Shown here: positions 48,596 through 61,930 of the stretch, in pieces
How positions within the stretch are numbered: position 1 is the first letter of the stretch
Layout of the letters: each line of letters opens with the position of its first letter
From: Mobula hypostoma
Lineage: Eukaryota
Direction of reading: 5' to 3'
Length of the DNA: 62,514 nt
Assembly: GCF_963921235.1 (NCBI RefSeq)
Contig: NC_086102.1
Span: forward strand, 142,352,001 to 142,414,514
Position numbers and translations under genes: made by a program
Notes under the pieces: generated by a model
The model's input: the letters and a program-made list of their open reading frames with translations, nothing else
Databases searched by the model: none
Told to the model about the DNA's origin: nothing

Positions 48596-51267
48596 GTACC
48601 TCTTCCTACAGATGCTGCTTGGCCTGCTGCGTTCACCAGCAACTTTGACGTGTGTTGCTTATCCAAACCATTGACCGGATGGTGTAGGCCCCAGGGTTCT
48701 GAAAGAAGTGGCTGAAGAGATTGTGGAGGCATTATTAATGATCTTTCAAGAATCACTGGACTGGAAAATTGCAAATGTCACTCCACTCATCAAGAAGGGA
48801 GAGAGTCTGACCTCAGTGGTTGGGAAGATGTTGGAGTCGATTCTCAGATGGCCTTTGGCAAGCTGCTACGCGTGAGGCTACTTAACAAGCTATGAGTGCA
48901 TAGTATTACAGGAAAGATTCTAGCATCGTTAATATGGCTGATTGACAGAAGGCAAAGAGTGGGAATATGGGGAACCATTTCTGGTTGGCTGTTGGTGACT
49001 AGTGCTAGATCTGTGTTGGGACCAATTCTTTTTACACTATATCTCAACGACTTGGATGATGGAATTGATGGCTTTTTTGCAAAGCTTGCAGATGATATGA
49101 AGATAGATGGCTGGGGGCAAGTAGTTTTGAGAAATTAGGGAAGCTAAAGAAGGCCTTAGACAGATTAGGAGAAAGGGCAATGAAGTAGCTGGTGAATAGT
49201 GTCAGGAAGTGTATGGTCACATACTTTGGTAGAAGAAGTAGAAGAACTATTTTCTAAACGGAGAGAAAATACAAAGATCTGTGGTGCAAAGGGACTTGAG
49301 AGTCCTTGTGTAGGACTCGCTAAAAGTTAGTTTGCGGGCTGAGTCTATGGTGAGAAAGGTAAATGTGGTGTTAGCTTTCATTTCGAGAGGACTAGAATAT
49401 AAAAGCAAAGATACAATGTTGAGACTTTATGAAGCACTGGTGACGCCTCACTTGGATTATTGTGAGCAATTTTGCGCCCCTTATCTTAGAAAGGATGTGC
49501 TGAAACTGGAAAAGGTTCAAAGGAAGTTCATGAAAATGATTCCAGGATTAAACAACTTATCATATGAAGAGCATTTGATGGCTCTGGGTTTGGATTCACT
49601 GGAATTTAGAAGAATGAGGGGTGACCTCATTGAAACCTGCTGAATGGTGAAAGGCCTTGAAAGGCTGAATATGGAGACGATGTTTCCTATGGCAGATATG
49701 CTTAAGACCAGAGGACACGACTTCAAGGTAGAGGGCTGTCCTTTTAGAATGGAGATGAGGAGAAATTTATTTAGCCAGAAAGTAGTAGGTCTGTGGGATA
49801 TATGCCACAGGCAGCTATTTAATAAAGACGTTTGTGATTGGTCAGGGCGTCAAAGGTTATGGGGAGAAGGCAGGAGAATGGGGTTGAAAGTGATAATGAA
49901 TCAGCCATGATGGAATGGCGGAGCAGATTCGAAGGGCCAAATGGCCTGATTCTGCTCCTATGTCTTATGGTCCTATGGTTTAATATTGAGCGAATTTGCC
50001 TCTTTCTCCAATCCAGAAAACTGCCCACTGACTTTCAGTAGTTTAAGACATTAGTTTCATTCAGGTATATGTGATTGAGATGAAATTGTGTTCTAAGTAG
50101 ACATCAGGAAAATGTGCACATGGATGAACATAATCTCATGCTTTTCCTCTTGAGGATAACCACAACCACAATTTCTGGGTCCTCATGGCTCTCCTGCAAT
50201 CTAAGAATTCTGGATCAGCTTGTAATTCTTCTCATTGACTTACGTACAGTTAAGATGGCTTTCTTTTCTCCATATCCATTCATCTTTAGAAGGAATTAAT
50301 CAAGTCTATTTTAGGACATGACAGTAATAACAAGGCAGAATTCTATGACATCAAGCTGGCATTGTACAGAGAACTAATTCTACTAATTTTATACAATGCT
50401 TTGTCTCCAATGATTAGGTGGGTTAGAATACCAAAGCAAAGATTGCGAGAGGACTGAGCAAACCTTTTCAGATTTTTATATGCTTTTCCTTGTCCATTGC
50501 AGATCACTTTTACTTGCTGCAGTGAAATGCATCCAGGATTCCTCGGTAGCAGGAATCAAAAACCTGGTGATGGAGAGTAGCTATTGTTCGGTTCCTGCTC
50601 ATTTTCCAGAGGCAGTTGGAAAAGAGCTGGAGCTAGAGGATGTAAAAGGTATATGGAGAGGTTAAGCAGACAAAAGTCAAGTTTATTGTCATGCATACAA
50701 TTACAGTGAGATACGGGTACAATGATAAACCTGTTTGCAGCATTGACACACAGACAACACACAGAACATAACTTATACAAAACAGTGAAGGAGAAGACTA
50801 CAAAACAAATCAGAAACAAGTCCAAGATTTTGCAAGAGGTGATTCTCAGTACAAGAGCATCATGGCTGTATTTCATGTGTAAAAATGTGATTGACAGGAA
50901 GAATAGAAAACCGAAATCCTTTTAAATAGTGAGAACGGAAGCAAAGTTAGCTTCCAGAGGTAGTTTGTCACGGGTGGTTCATGAGCCAAGGAGTAAGCAT
51001 GCAGCAACAGCAAGCAATTCGGAAGGCAAATCACATGTTGGTCTTTGTTGCAAGTGGGGATTGGAGTAGAAAAGTGAGGAAGTCTTGTCCCAATTGTGAA
51101 AGGTAATGTTGTCCCAGACCCTAAAGTGGGATGAATTTGCTTTGGAACCAGCATTAGTTTACCATGTTGATCCCTGGCACAGGGGGTCATCTGTGAATTG
51201 AGCATGGCTACACTCAAAGGAGCTTAGAAGAATGAGAAATTATTTCATTGCAACTGAGAGGAATGTA

Positions 51268-54200
51268 AACATAGAAAACCTACAGCCAATACAGGCCCTT
51301 CGGCCCACGAAGTTGTGCCGAACAAGTCCCTACCTTAGAAATTACTAGGCTTACCCATAGCCCTCTATTTTTCTCAGCTCCATGTACCTATCTAAAAGTC
51401 TCTTAAAAGACCCTATCGTATCCACCTCCACCACTGTTGCCAGCAGCCCATTCCACGCACTCACCGTTCCCTGCGTTTTTTTTTTAAAACTTACCCCTGA
51501 CATCACCTCTGTACCTACTCCCAAGCACCTTAAACCTGTGCCCTCTTGTGGCAGCCATTTCAGCGCTGGGAAAAAGCCTCTGACTATCCACACAATGAAT
51601 GCCTCTCATCGTCTTATACACCTCTATCAGGTCACCTCTCATCCTCTGTCACGCCAAGGAGAAAAGGCCAAGTTCACTCAACCTGATTTCATAAGGCATA
51701 CTCCACAATCCAGGCAACATCCTTGTAAGTCTCCTCTGCACCCTTTCTATGGTTTTCACATCCTTCCTGTAGTGAGGGGAGCAGAACTGAGCACAGTACT
51801 CCAAGTGGGGTCTGACCAGGGTCCTATATAGCTGCAACATTACCTCTCGGCTCCTAAATTCAATTCCACAATTGATGAAGGCCAATAGACTGTATGCCTC
51901 CTTAACCACAGAGTCAACCTGTGCAGCTGCTTTGAGCGTCCTATGCACTCAGACCCCAAGATCCCTCTGATCCTCCACACTGCCAAGAGTCTTACCATTA
52001 ATACTATATTCTGCCATCATATTTGACCTACCAAAGTGAATCATTTCACACTTACCTGGGTTGAACTCCATCTGCCACTTTTCAGCCCAGTTTTGCATCC
52101 TATCTCAATGTCCCACTATAACCTTTGACAGCCCTCCACATTATCCACAACATCCCCAACCTTTGTGTCATCAGCACACTTACGAACCCATCCCTCCACT
52201 TCTTCATCCAGGTCATTTATAAAAATCATGAAGAGTAAGGGTCCCAAAACAGATCCCTGAGGCACACCACTGGTCACCGACCTCCATGCAGAATATGACC
52301 CATCTACAACCATTCTTTGCCATCTGTGGGCAAGCCAGTTCTGGATCCACAAAGCAATATCCCCTTGGATCCCATGCCTCTTTACTATCTCAATAAGCCT
52401 TACATGGGGAACCTTATCAAATGCCTTGCTGAAATTCATATCTACTGCTCTATCTTCATCAATGTGTTTAGTCACATCCTCAAAAAATTCAATCAGGCTC
52501 TTAAGGCACGACCTGCCCTTGACAAAGCCATGCTGACTATTCCTAATCATATTATACCTCTCCAAATGTTCATAAATCTTGCCTCTCAGGATCTTCTCCA
52601 TCAACTTACCAAGCACTGAAGTAAAACTCACTGGTCTATAATTTCCTGGGCTATTTCTACTACCTTTCTTGAATAAGGGAACAATCCTCCAATCCTCCGG
52701 AACCTCTCCAGTCCCCATTGATGATGCAAAGATCATCGCCAGAGGCTCAGCAATCTCCTCCCTCTCCTCCTACAGTAGCCTGGGGTACATCATATCCGGT
52801 CCCGGTGACTTATCCAACTTGATGCTTTCCAAAAGCTCCAGCACATTCTCTTTCTTAATATCTACATGCTCAAGCTTTTCAGTCCACTGCAAGTCATCAC
52901 TACAATAAACCAAGATTCTTTTCCATAGTGAATACTGAAGTAAAGTATTCATTAAGTACCTCTGTTATTTCCTCTGGTTCTATACATACTTTCCCACTGT
53001 CACACTTGATAGGTCCTATTCTTTCATGTCTTATCCTCTTGTCCTTCACATACTTGTAGAATGCCTTGGGGTTTTCCTTAATCCTGGCAGCCAAGGCCTT
53101 CTCATGGGCCCTTCTGGCTCTCCTAATTTCTTCCTTAAGCTCCTTCCTGTTAGCCTTATAATCTTCTAGATCTCTAACATTACCTAGCTCTCTGAAACTT
53201 TTGTAAGCTTCTCTTTTCCTCCTGATTAGATTTACTACAACCTTTGTACACCACAGTTCCTGTATCCTACCATAACTTCGCTGTCTCATTGGAATGTACC
53301 TATGCAGAACTCCACACAAATATCCCCTGAACATTTGCCACATTTCTTCCGTACCTTTCCCTGAGAACATCTGTTCCCAATTTAAGCTTCCAAATTCCTG
53401 CCTGATAGCCTCATAATTCCCCTTACTCCAGTTAAACACTTTTCTAACTTGTCTGTTCTTATCCATCTCCAATGCTATTGTAAGGGAGATAGCATTATGA
53501 TCACTATCTCCAAAATGCTCTCCCACTGAGAAATCTGACACCTGACCAGGTTCATTTCCCAATACCAAATGAAGTACAGTCTCTCCTCTTGTAGGCTTAT
53601 CTACATATTGTGTCAAGAAACCTTCCTGAACATACCTAACAAATTCCACCCCATCTAAACCCCTTGCTCTAAGGAGTTGCCAATCGATATTTGGGAAATT
53701 AAAATCTCCCACCATGACAACTCTGTTATTATTACACCTTTCCAGGATCTGTTTTCCTATCTGCTTCTCGATATCCCTGTTACTATTGGGCAGCCTATAA
53801 AAAACACCCAGTAAAGTTATTGACCCCTTCTTGTTCCTAACCTCCACCCACAGAGACTCCGTAGACAATCCCTCCATGATGTCCACCTTTTCTGCAGCTG
53901 TAACACTATCTCTGATCAACAGTGCCACACCCCCACCTCTTTTGCCTTCCTCCCTGTCGTTTCTGAAATATCTAAAACACGGCACTTGAAGTAACCATTC
54001 CTGTCCCTGAGCCATCCAAGTCTCTGTAAAGGCCACCACATCATAGCTCCAAGTACTGTTCCACGCTCTAAGCTCATCTACTTTGTTCACAATACTCCTT
54101 GGTTTAAAAAAGACACATCTCAAACCATCGGTCTGAGTGCGTCCCTTCTCTATCACCTGCCTATCCTCCCTTTTGCACTGTCTCCATTTGTGAGCCAACC

Positions 54201-54509
54201 GCCTCTTCCCCAGTCTCTTCAGTTTGGTTCCCACCCCCCAACTATTCTAGTTTAAACTCTTCCCAGTAGCCTTAGCAAACCTCCCCAACTGGATATTGGT
54301 CCCCCTGGGATTCAAGCAACCCGTCCTTTTTGAACAAGTCACACCTGCCCCAAAAGAAGTCTCAATAATCCAGAAATCTGAATCCCTGCCCCCTGCTCCA
54401 ATTCCTCAGCCACGCATTTATCCTCCACCTCATTCTATTCCTATACTCACTGTCACGTGGCACAGGCAGTAATCCAGAGATTACTACCTTTGTGCTCCTG
54501 CTTCTCAAC
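51268..54509 (-). mobile_element. CR1 LINE with near-complete ORF2 and ORF1 3' end
   Basis: APE and RT ORFs, 3' tail at 51268. Candidate 5-bp TSD atgta (51263-51267 / 54510-54514). Inserted in an older plus-strand CR1 remnant. Confidence 0.96.
51351..54234 (-). pseudogene. CR1 ORF2 (APE endonuclease and RT), broken
   Basis: ORF 52900..54234 (FTETW, RGGGVAL, VGDFN, SDHN), ORF 52116..52736 ([29 protein letters not shown]) and ORF 51649..51948. Confidence 0.95.
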
Positions 54510-57129
54510 ATGTATGAAGGAAGATGTTGAGGTTTGGAAAGTTTGAACCAGAGGCCATGGTTTGAGGATGGGATTGTCCTACTTTTAATTAACCCCTTAG
54601 TTTAATGTACTGTTAAAGACTGAAGTAAGAAGTTCTTAAGCAGATGGCAGGAATCCTCCACCATAAAGGATGTAATCCAGCGCTGAAGCAGGAGACGGGT
54701 TTGCCAGCATCTGTCACTCAGCTCAATACCACAGGGCCTTTAAATCCAGTACTAAGTTACCTGCTGGAGGTTAAAATCTGATGGTCTAGGCCGATCTCAA
54801 AACTTCAATGCTTTGAATGGATTGTACTGGAGAGGAGCTTCTTTTCAAAGTGAACAAGAGTGTCTTCAGCTTAAGGTCACAGACATTGTCACTGTCTCTT
54901 TCATTCACAACTCTAAGTATGATCAACACCTGAAAGAATATCTAACTGCAGCAACCACTTAACTCAATGATTTAATTCACTATAAAATCTGAATATCCAT
55001 CAGAGTGGACCTTCCTAGTCAGATGCAGGGGCGCTCTAGGACACCTCTTTTCAATGCCAATCCTTGTGGTTGTATCTTGTTATAAGTGCCTTGTAGTTCA
55101 ATACGAAACAAACATCTATTTCACACAGCTCGGTGCAGACATCCTGTCATGTGGGCTTCACATCTAAGTTAAACATTGTTGTCATACACACGCGGTTTAA
55201 GAACGTTAACACACATGCACACTTGAAGATAACAAACCACAACATGTGCAATTGTAAAAAAAGTATTTTTCAGTTCAGCAAGGTTTTTGAATGCTATAAA
55301 ATCTATATTTTTTTAGAGCACCTTTCCCTGGTTACTACTTTGAAGCCTGCAGCCACCTCCTCGAGAGGATTTTTGACACAGGGAGTATGAGTTTCCCTTT
55401 GCTGGCATGCGGGCAGCTGAAGCCTCTCTACTGTGTGGGCGTTAGCAGTTTCAACTGAGCAACTGCTTCCTCAATGTAAATTTCCTTTATTATGGCCATG
55501 AAAGAATTGTAGCTGCCACTAACCTCTCAGTGGCTATCAATCAGCATTAGCTATTTTGGGTTCAGTTCCTGCTCAAGTCGCTCTTTGGATTGTCATTCCA
55601 TTTGCCCACACACATTGGCAGCAGTGTCAAATCTGCTCCGACATCCAGTCAGCCTCCCTATTTCATGTCTGATGCATAGTCTATCAATGGTTAATTTCAC
55701 ATTGCTGCCTTATGCATGCTTCCTGCTACTTCTCAAATTTGTATTGCAAAAGAAGAATCTGCAGTGACAACAGCAGAAATAAAATTTAATACTAGATACT
55801 TACACAACTTAGTGTTATTATATTAGTTTACTTTGCTTCTCGGGCTAATTAGCAACACTAATAAAAATAATTAGTAATGAAAGGTAAGCAATATTATCCC
55901 TGAAGAAGATAGCAGAGTTTGTCATCAAGACATCAGTAACAATCATTATCTGTACCCGGCTTGAAGCCTGAGAAGAGTTTATTTGTAATATTAGTAAAAT
56001 TATAGATGGGGTTGTAGCATATTGTTTGGTGGCTGGTAACATTGCTGTATCCATTGTGGGGAGTTCATTGAAACCAACCATGATAAAGTAAAGGGAGCAT
56101 TAATCAGTATTGTGTTCAGATTTTTTTAATGCTTCTATGCAGAGCTCAATCTGCTTTAACAGTGGTTTTATAGTGGAAACTGGTCTTTTGTAATGAACAA
56201 ATTTGAAATGCATGAACAAAGTCGTGATATTTTGTGCTACGTGGCATGATTAAGTTAGAATTTGCTTTTAGTAATGCTCACCCTATTATATTAAATATTT
56301 TTCATACAAGCTGCCATAATATCTTGGCACTTGAACAATGAACCCACCCTGTTCCTATCAGATCAGTGTACAGATAGGAAATACACAGACATCAGCATAA
56401 TTCTCCTGAATAAGGAAGCAGGCAAAATAAAATATATTTAAAGACATGTTTAGTAAACTGCATTACGAATTGTCGGTTTGAAACAACTGATTAATATTCC
56501 TTAAACAAATCAAACTGCTCCACGTTACATTGTCTTGCTCAGTTTAGTTTTTATGTACCGTATATCACAACACCTTGCAGCCAATGTTAAGTGTTTGGTA
56601 TTCACAATGCGAGATTGACTGAAGCAGGAACATCAAAGCCTTAGCTTTGCAGGTTATAAATGGGCAAAGTCATGAATTTTAAACATCACATTGTCAAGTT
56701 TAGGTTAACTCTATGCTACTAGAATGGGGTGGATCTAAAGTCCTATTGATAACTAGGCTAATTCTAGCATAATGTAAAGTACAAATCATTAGGATATTCT
56801 TTGCTTGGACACTACAAAGTAGTTAATCCACTAAATGCATTGCAGTAATCTACACACATTTCAAAGTACCCCTTAAACATAAGAGGACGAGGGCATGAGG
56901 TGCATGGGAATACAACCACATGCAATGCTCCTTCAAGCTTCCCATACTGTTCTGACTTGGAAGTACTTTGTAGTTCTTTCTTCATCTTCCTCTTCCTCTT
57001 CTTAAACATGGCTAAATCAATATTTATAAATTAAGTTTAGTGTCCATAAGCACTGCAAGGTCTTTAAGGAGGCAGAACATATTTCAGAGGTATAAAATTT
57101 GAGCTGGGGCAGGATCTGTTGATACAATT

Positions 57130-57885
57130 CCATGTCATGGTGGAGAGGGTCAGCAAACCTTAAATTCTTATGTGTTATCATTTCAGAGGATTTGTCCTGG
57201 GTTCAGAACACAACTGCCATTACAAAGAAGGCATGGCACTGCCTCTACTTTCTTAGAAATTTGCCCATATTTGGCATGTCAGAGATGTGTGGCGGATAGT
57301 ATCCTGACTGGCTGCATCACAGTCTGGAATGGGAACAGCAAAACCCTTGAATGGAAAAGCTTACAAAAAGTAAGTGGATACGGGCCAGTCTATCACAGGG
57401 TAAAACCCTCCTCACCATTGAGCACATCTACAATGTGCGCTATCACAAGAAAGCTCTATCCATCATCAAGCACCTCCACCATCCTGGCCATCTTACCCTC
57501 CTGCTGCTACCATCAGGAAAGAGTTTCTGAAGCCCTAGCCAGGTTCAGGAACAGTTATTAGGCTCTTGAACCAGAAGGGATAACTTCACTCATCCAAAGA
57601 CTGAACTGATTCCACAATCTATGGACTCGCTTTTAAAGGCTCCATAACTCATGTTCTTGATATCGATTGCTTATTTGTTTACTATTATTATTATTTTCTT
57701 TTTTTGTATTCGCACAGTTTGTTGTCTTTAGCACATTGGTTGTTTGTCCATCTTCGTTGTGTGCAGTTTTTCATTGATTCTATTGTGTTTCTTTGCATTT
57801 ACTGTGAATGCCCGCGAGAAAATGAACCTCAGCATAGTAAATGATGATGTATATGTATTTTGTAATAAATTTACTTTGAACTTTG
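57130..57885 (+). mobile_element. Rex1/Babar-type LINE 3' fragment
   Basis: DSILTGCITVWNGN and RFRNSY motifs; tail aataaatttactttgaactttga. Confidence 0.85.
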
Positions 57886-58559
57886 ATCAAAATAAGCTCT
57901 CTACCAGTTAGTTTTTTGAGTAGTTTCCAGCATCTGCAGTCTTGTGTATCTCTATGTTCCCATTCAGATCTTATTTGGAACTCTCCAGCTCCTTCATTGA
58001 AGGTGCGGCCTACAACCCACAGAGGCCTGTTGTCGGGTCGTCAATAAGTTCCTTGTGTGGGATAGTATTTTAGCTCAAGTTTTATTCCATTCAGCCTTCC
58101 TGTTGCAAGTTTCAAAGGAAGAAAAGCAGGACTAGCGGAGAGTCCTTGAAGCTGTATCATAAATTCTGAAAAAATTCTGACTTTGTAATTAGGTCAGCTG
58201 TCAAAGTGTTCCCCTGATCCCTATATTTCCTATATTGTGCATTTTTTTTTCCTTAATGTAGTAACAGGCAGATCAGATTAGTTTATTGTCATATACACCA
58301 GGGTACAATGAAATTCTTTGGCTGCATGAAGATGAGAGGGTAAACAGCGTAATAATAACAGTAAAAATCAATCACCTACTTAGATGTGAGAAGACAACAA
58401 GAGTGAGGAAACTCCCTAAGCAAAGCCGTGGAGTCATACAGCGTTGTAACCTGCCCATCTAAGTGTTATTTTGATCTCCTGGCTAGAGGATCTTATCGTA
58501 ACACTGAACCCACATTTCTTTGAATGCCGGCCCGTATGGACTGGAAAAGCAGGGTGTTA

Positions 58560-59098
58560 AAAGTTGGGCATGGTTGGATCACTCTAAGCACTGAGCCAAT
58601 TTGCAGAGGTTGAGAACAGCTTCTCCAGCAGTGAAATCTAGGCCTGAAGCAATTCGCTGCAGTGGGGCCTGGTTCCTTGCGCGAGGTCCAGACAATTTAA
58701 ATGCCGGCCCAGGTAGTCTGGGGGCTCCTCTTTCTGTGATGCTGAGGCTGTGAGCCAGACCCTGGCTGCTGTGTTTCATGTCTGTGAACTTTGCGCCATC
58801 TTGTCCCACTAATGTGATGAACTAAATACTGAGGCTTTGGGCCTTCCCTGAGCTGCTCCAGGGATCTGGATCTAAGGACTCAATTTGGTTTGAAAAGCTG
58901 GTATTATTGCTCGATTCTATTATTTGCATGATTTGTTTTCTTTTCTCTTTCCTCGTGGGCACTGGGGGTTGGTCTTATTTTTTTTTATTTGGATTCTTTC
59001 AGGTTCCTTGATTTGCAACTGCCTGTAAGCAAACAAATCTCAAGGTTGTATAATTTATACATTCGTTGATAATAAACGCACATTGCATCTTTGAATCT
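58560..59098 (+). mobile_element. Non-autonomous retroelement, copy 2 (5'-truncated)
   Basis: Homologous to about 7560-8266. Confidence 0.6.
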
Positions 59099-59147
59099 TA
59101 CAGATGTCCACTGAAGGTCAAGCAGCTTGGCAGCAGCAGAAGCTTGA

Positions 59148-61930
59148 GCAGTGGTCCGTGGTAGCAGGAGGTCCGTGGTAGCAGGAGGTCCGTGGTAGCA
59201 GTGCTCCGTGGTAGCAGGAGGTCCGTGGTAGCAGGAGGTCCGTGGTAGCAGTGCTCCGTGGTAGCAGGAGGTCCGTGGTAGCAGGAGGTCCGTGGTAGCA
59301 GGAGGTCCGTGGTAGCAGTGCTCCGTGGTAGCAGTGCTCCGTGGTAGCAGGAGGTCCGTGGTAGCAGTGCTCCGTGGTAGCAGGAGGTCCGTGGTAGCAG
59401 GAGGTCCGTGGTAGCAGTGCTCCGTGGTAGCAGGAGGTCCGTGGTAGCAGGAGGTCCGTGGTAGCAGGAGGTCCGTGGTAGCAGGAGGTCCGTGGTAGCA
59501 GTGCTCCGTGGTAGCAGGAGGTCCGTGGTAGCAGGAGGTCCGTGGTAGCAGGAGGTCCGTGGTAGCAGTGGTCCGTGGTAGCAGGAGGTCCGTGGTAGCA
59601 GGAGGTCCGTGGTAGCAGGAGGTCCGTGGTAGCAGTGCTCCGTGGTAGCAGGAGGTCCGTGGTAGCAGGAGGTCCGTGGTAGCAGGAGGTCCGTGGTAGC
59701 AGTGCTCCATGGTAGCAGGAGGTCCGTGGTAGCAGGAGGTCCGTGGTAGCAGTGGTCCGTGGTAGCAGGAGGTCCGTGGTAGCAGGAGGTCCGTGGTAGC
59801 AGTGGTCCGTGGTAGCAGGAGGTCCGTGGTAGCAGGAGGTCCGTGGTAGCAGGAGGTCCGTGGTAGCAGTGGTCCGTGGTAGCAGGAGGTCCGTGGTAGC
59901 AGTGGTCCGTGGTAGCAGGAGGTCCGTGGTAGCAGTGGTCCGTGGTAGCAGTGCTCCATGGTAGCAGGAGGTCCGTGGTAGCAGTGGTCCGTGGTAGCAG
60001 GAGGTCCGTGGTAGCAGTGCTCCGTGGTAGCAGGAGGTCCGTGGTAGCAGGAGGTCCGTGGTAGCAGTGGTCCGTGGTAGCAGGAGGTCCGTGGTAGCAG
60101 GAGGTCCGTGGTAGCAGTGGTCCGTGGTAGCAGGAGGTCCGTGGTAGCAGTGGTCCGTGGTAGCAGGAGGTCCGTGGTAGCAGGAGGTCCGTGGTAGCAG
60201 TGGTCCGTGGTAGCAGGAGGTCCGTGGTAGCAGTGCTCCGTGGTAGCAGGAGGTCCGTGGTAGCAGGAGGTCCGTGGTAGCAGTGGTCCGTGGTAGCAGG
60301 AGGTCCGTGGTAGCAGTGGTCCGTGGTAGCAGTGGTCCGTGGTAGCAGGAGGTCCGTGGTAGCAGTGGTCCGTGGTAGCAGTGGTCCGTGGTAGCAGGAG
60401 GTCCGTGGTAGCAGGAGGTCCGTGGTAGCAGTGGTCCGTGGTAGCAGGAGGTCCGTGGTAGCAGTGCTCCGTGGTAGCAGGAGGTCCGTGGTAGCAGGAG
60501 GTCCGTGGTAGCAGTGGTCCGTGGTAGCAGGAGGTCCGTGGTAGCAGGAGGTCCGTGGTAGCAGTGGTCCGTGGTAGCAGGAGGTCCGTGGTAGCAGTGG
60601 TCCGTGGTAGCAGTGGTCCGTGGTAGCAGGAGGTCCGTGGTAGCAGTGGTCCGTGGTAGCAGGAGGTCCGTGGTAGCAGGAGGTCCGTGGTAGCAGTGGT
60701 CCGTGGTAGCAGTGGTCCGTGGTAGCAGGAGGTCCGTGGTAGCAGGAGGTCCGTGGTAGCAGTGCTCCGTGGTAGCAGGAGGTCCGTGGTAGCAGGAGGT
60801 CCGTGGTAGCAGGAGGTCCATGGTAGCAGTGCTCCGTGGTAGCAGTGGTCCGTGGTAGCAGGAGGTCCGTGGTAGCAGGAGGTCCATGGTAGCAGTGCTC
60901 CGTGGTAGCAGTGGTCCGTGGTAGCAGGAGGTCCGTGGTAGCAGGAGGTCCGTGGTAGCAGGAGGTCCGTGGTAGCAGTGCTCCGTGGTAGCAGGAGGTC
61001 CGTGGTAGCAGGAGGTCCGTGGTAGCAGGAGGTCCGTGGTAGCAGGAGGTCCGTGGTAGCAGTGGTCCGTGGTAGCAGTGGTCCGTGGTAGCAGGAGGTC
61101 CGTGGTAGCAGTGCTCCGTGGTAGCAGGAGGTCCGTGGTAGCAGGAGGTCCGTGGTAGCAGGAGGTCCGTGGTAGCAGTGGTCCGTGGTAGCAGGAGGTC
61201 CGTGGTAGCAGTGCTCCGTGGTAGCAGGAGGTCCGTGGTAGCAGGAGGTCCGTGGTAGCAGTGGTCCGTGGTAGCAGGAGGTCCGTGGTAGCAGGAGGTC
61301 CGTGGTAGCAGTGGTCCGTGGTAGCAGGAGGTCCGTGGTAGCAGTGGTCCGTGGTAGCAGTGGTCCGTGGTAGCAGGAGGTCCGTGGTAGCAGTGGTCCG
61401 TGGTAGCAGGAGGTCCGTGGTAGCAGGAGGTCCGTGGTAGCAGTGGTCCGTGGTAGCAGTGGTCCGTGGTAGCAGGAGGTCCGTGGTAGCAGGAGGTCCG
61501 TGGTAGCAGGAGGTCCGTGGTAGCAGTGCTCCGTGGTAGCAGGAGGTCCGTGGTAGCAGGAGGTCCGTGGTAGCAGGAGGTCCGTGGTAGCAGTGCTCCG
61601 TGGTAGCAGGAGGTCCGTGGTAGCAGGAGGTCCGTGGTAGCAGTGCTCCGTGGTAGCAGGAGGTCCGTGGTAGCAGGAGGTCCGTGGTAGCAGTGCTCCG
61701 TGGTAGCAGGAGGTCCGTGGTAGCAGGAGGTCCGTGGTAGCAGGAGGTCCATGGTAGCAGTGCTCCGTGGTAGCAGTGGTCCGTGGTAGCAGGAGGTCCG
61801 TGGTAGCAGGAGGTCCGTGGTAGCAGGAGGTCCGTGGTAGCAGTGCTCCGTGGTAGCAGGAGGTCCGTGGTAGCAGTGGTCCGTGGTAGCAGGAGGTCCG
61901 TGGTAGCAGGAGGTCCGTGGTAGCAGGAGG
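59148..61930. repeat. Minisatellite of 166 complete 16/17-bp units in three variants
   Basis: Constant gtggtagcag followed by gaggtcc (A, 103 by hand count), tgctcc (B, 25) or tggtcc (C, 38). The summed lengths match 59158-61916. Confidence 0.99.

Larger units (their letters stand above)
45972..48660 (+). mobile_element. Penelope-like element, longest copy (probably Neptune-like)
   Basis: RT plus GIY-YIG ORF and terminal hammerhead. Perfect 9-bp flanking repeat atccaaacc (45963-45971 / 48661-48669). The clade call rests on the Cys-rich RT-EN linker (inference). Confidence 0.97.
42190..49980 (+). mobile_element. Full-length degraded CR1 LINE (5' UTR, ORF1, ORF2) interrupted at about 45030-48675
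   Basis: ORF1 esterase motifs, then ORF2 APE (KVLYLN, VMGDFN). ORF2 breaks at cacctggac (about 45028), resumes at cggatggt (about 48676) and runs through RT to the 3' tail tcttatggtcctatggt. Confidence 0.88.

Noticed and set aside
59148-61930. CRISPR-like array (constant repeat plus variable part)
   Set aside because: The variable part is only three recurring 6-7 nt variants, with no unique spacers and no cas genes, in a vertebrate-type context.
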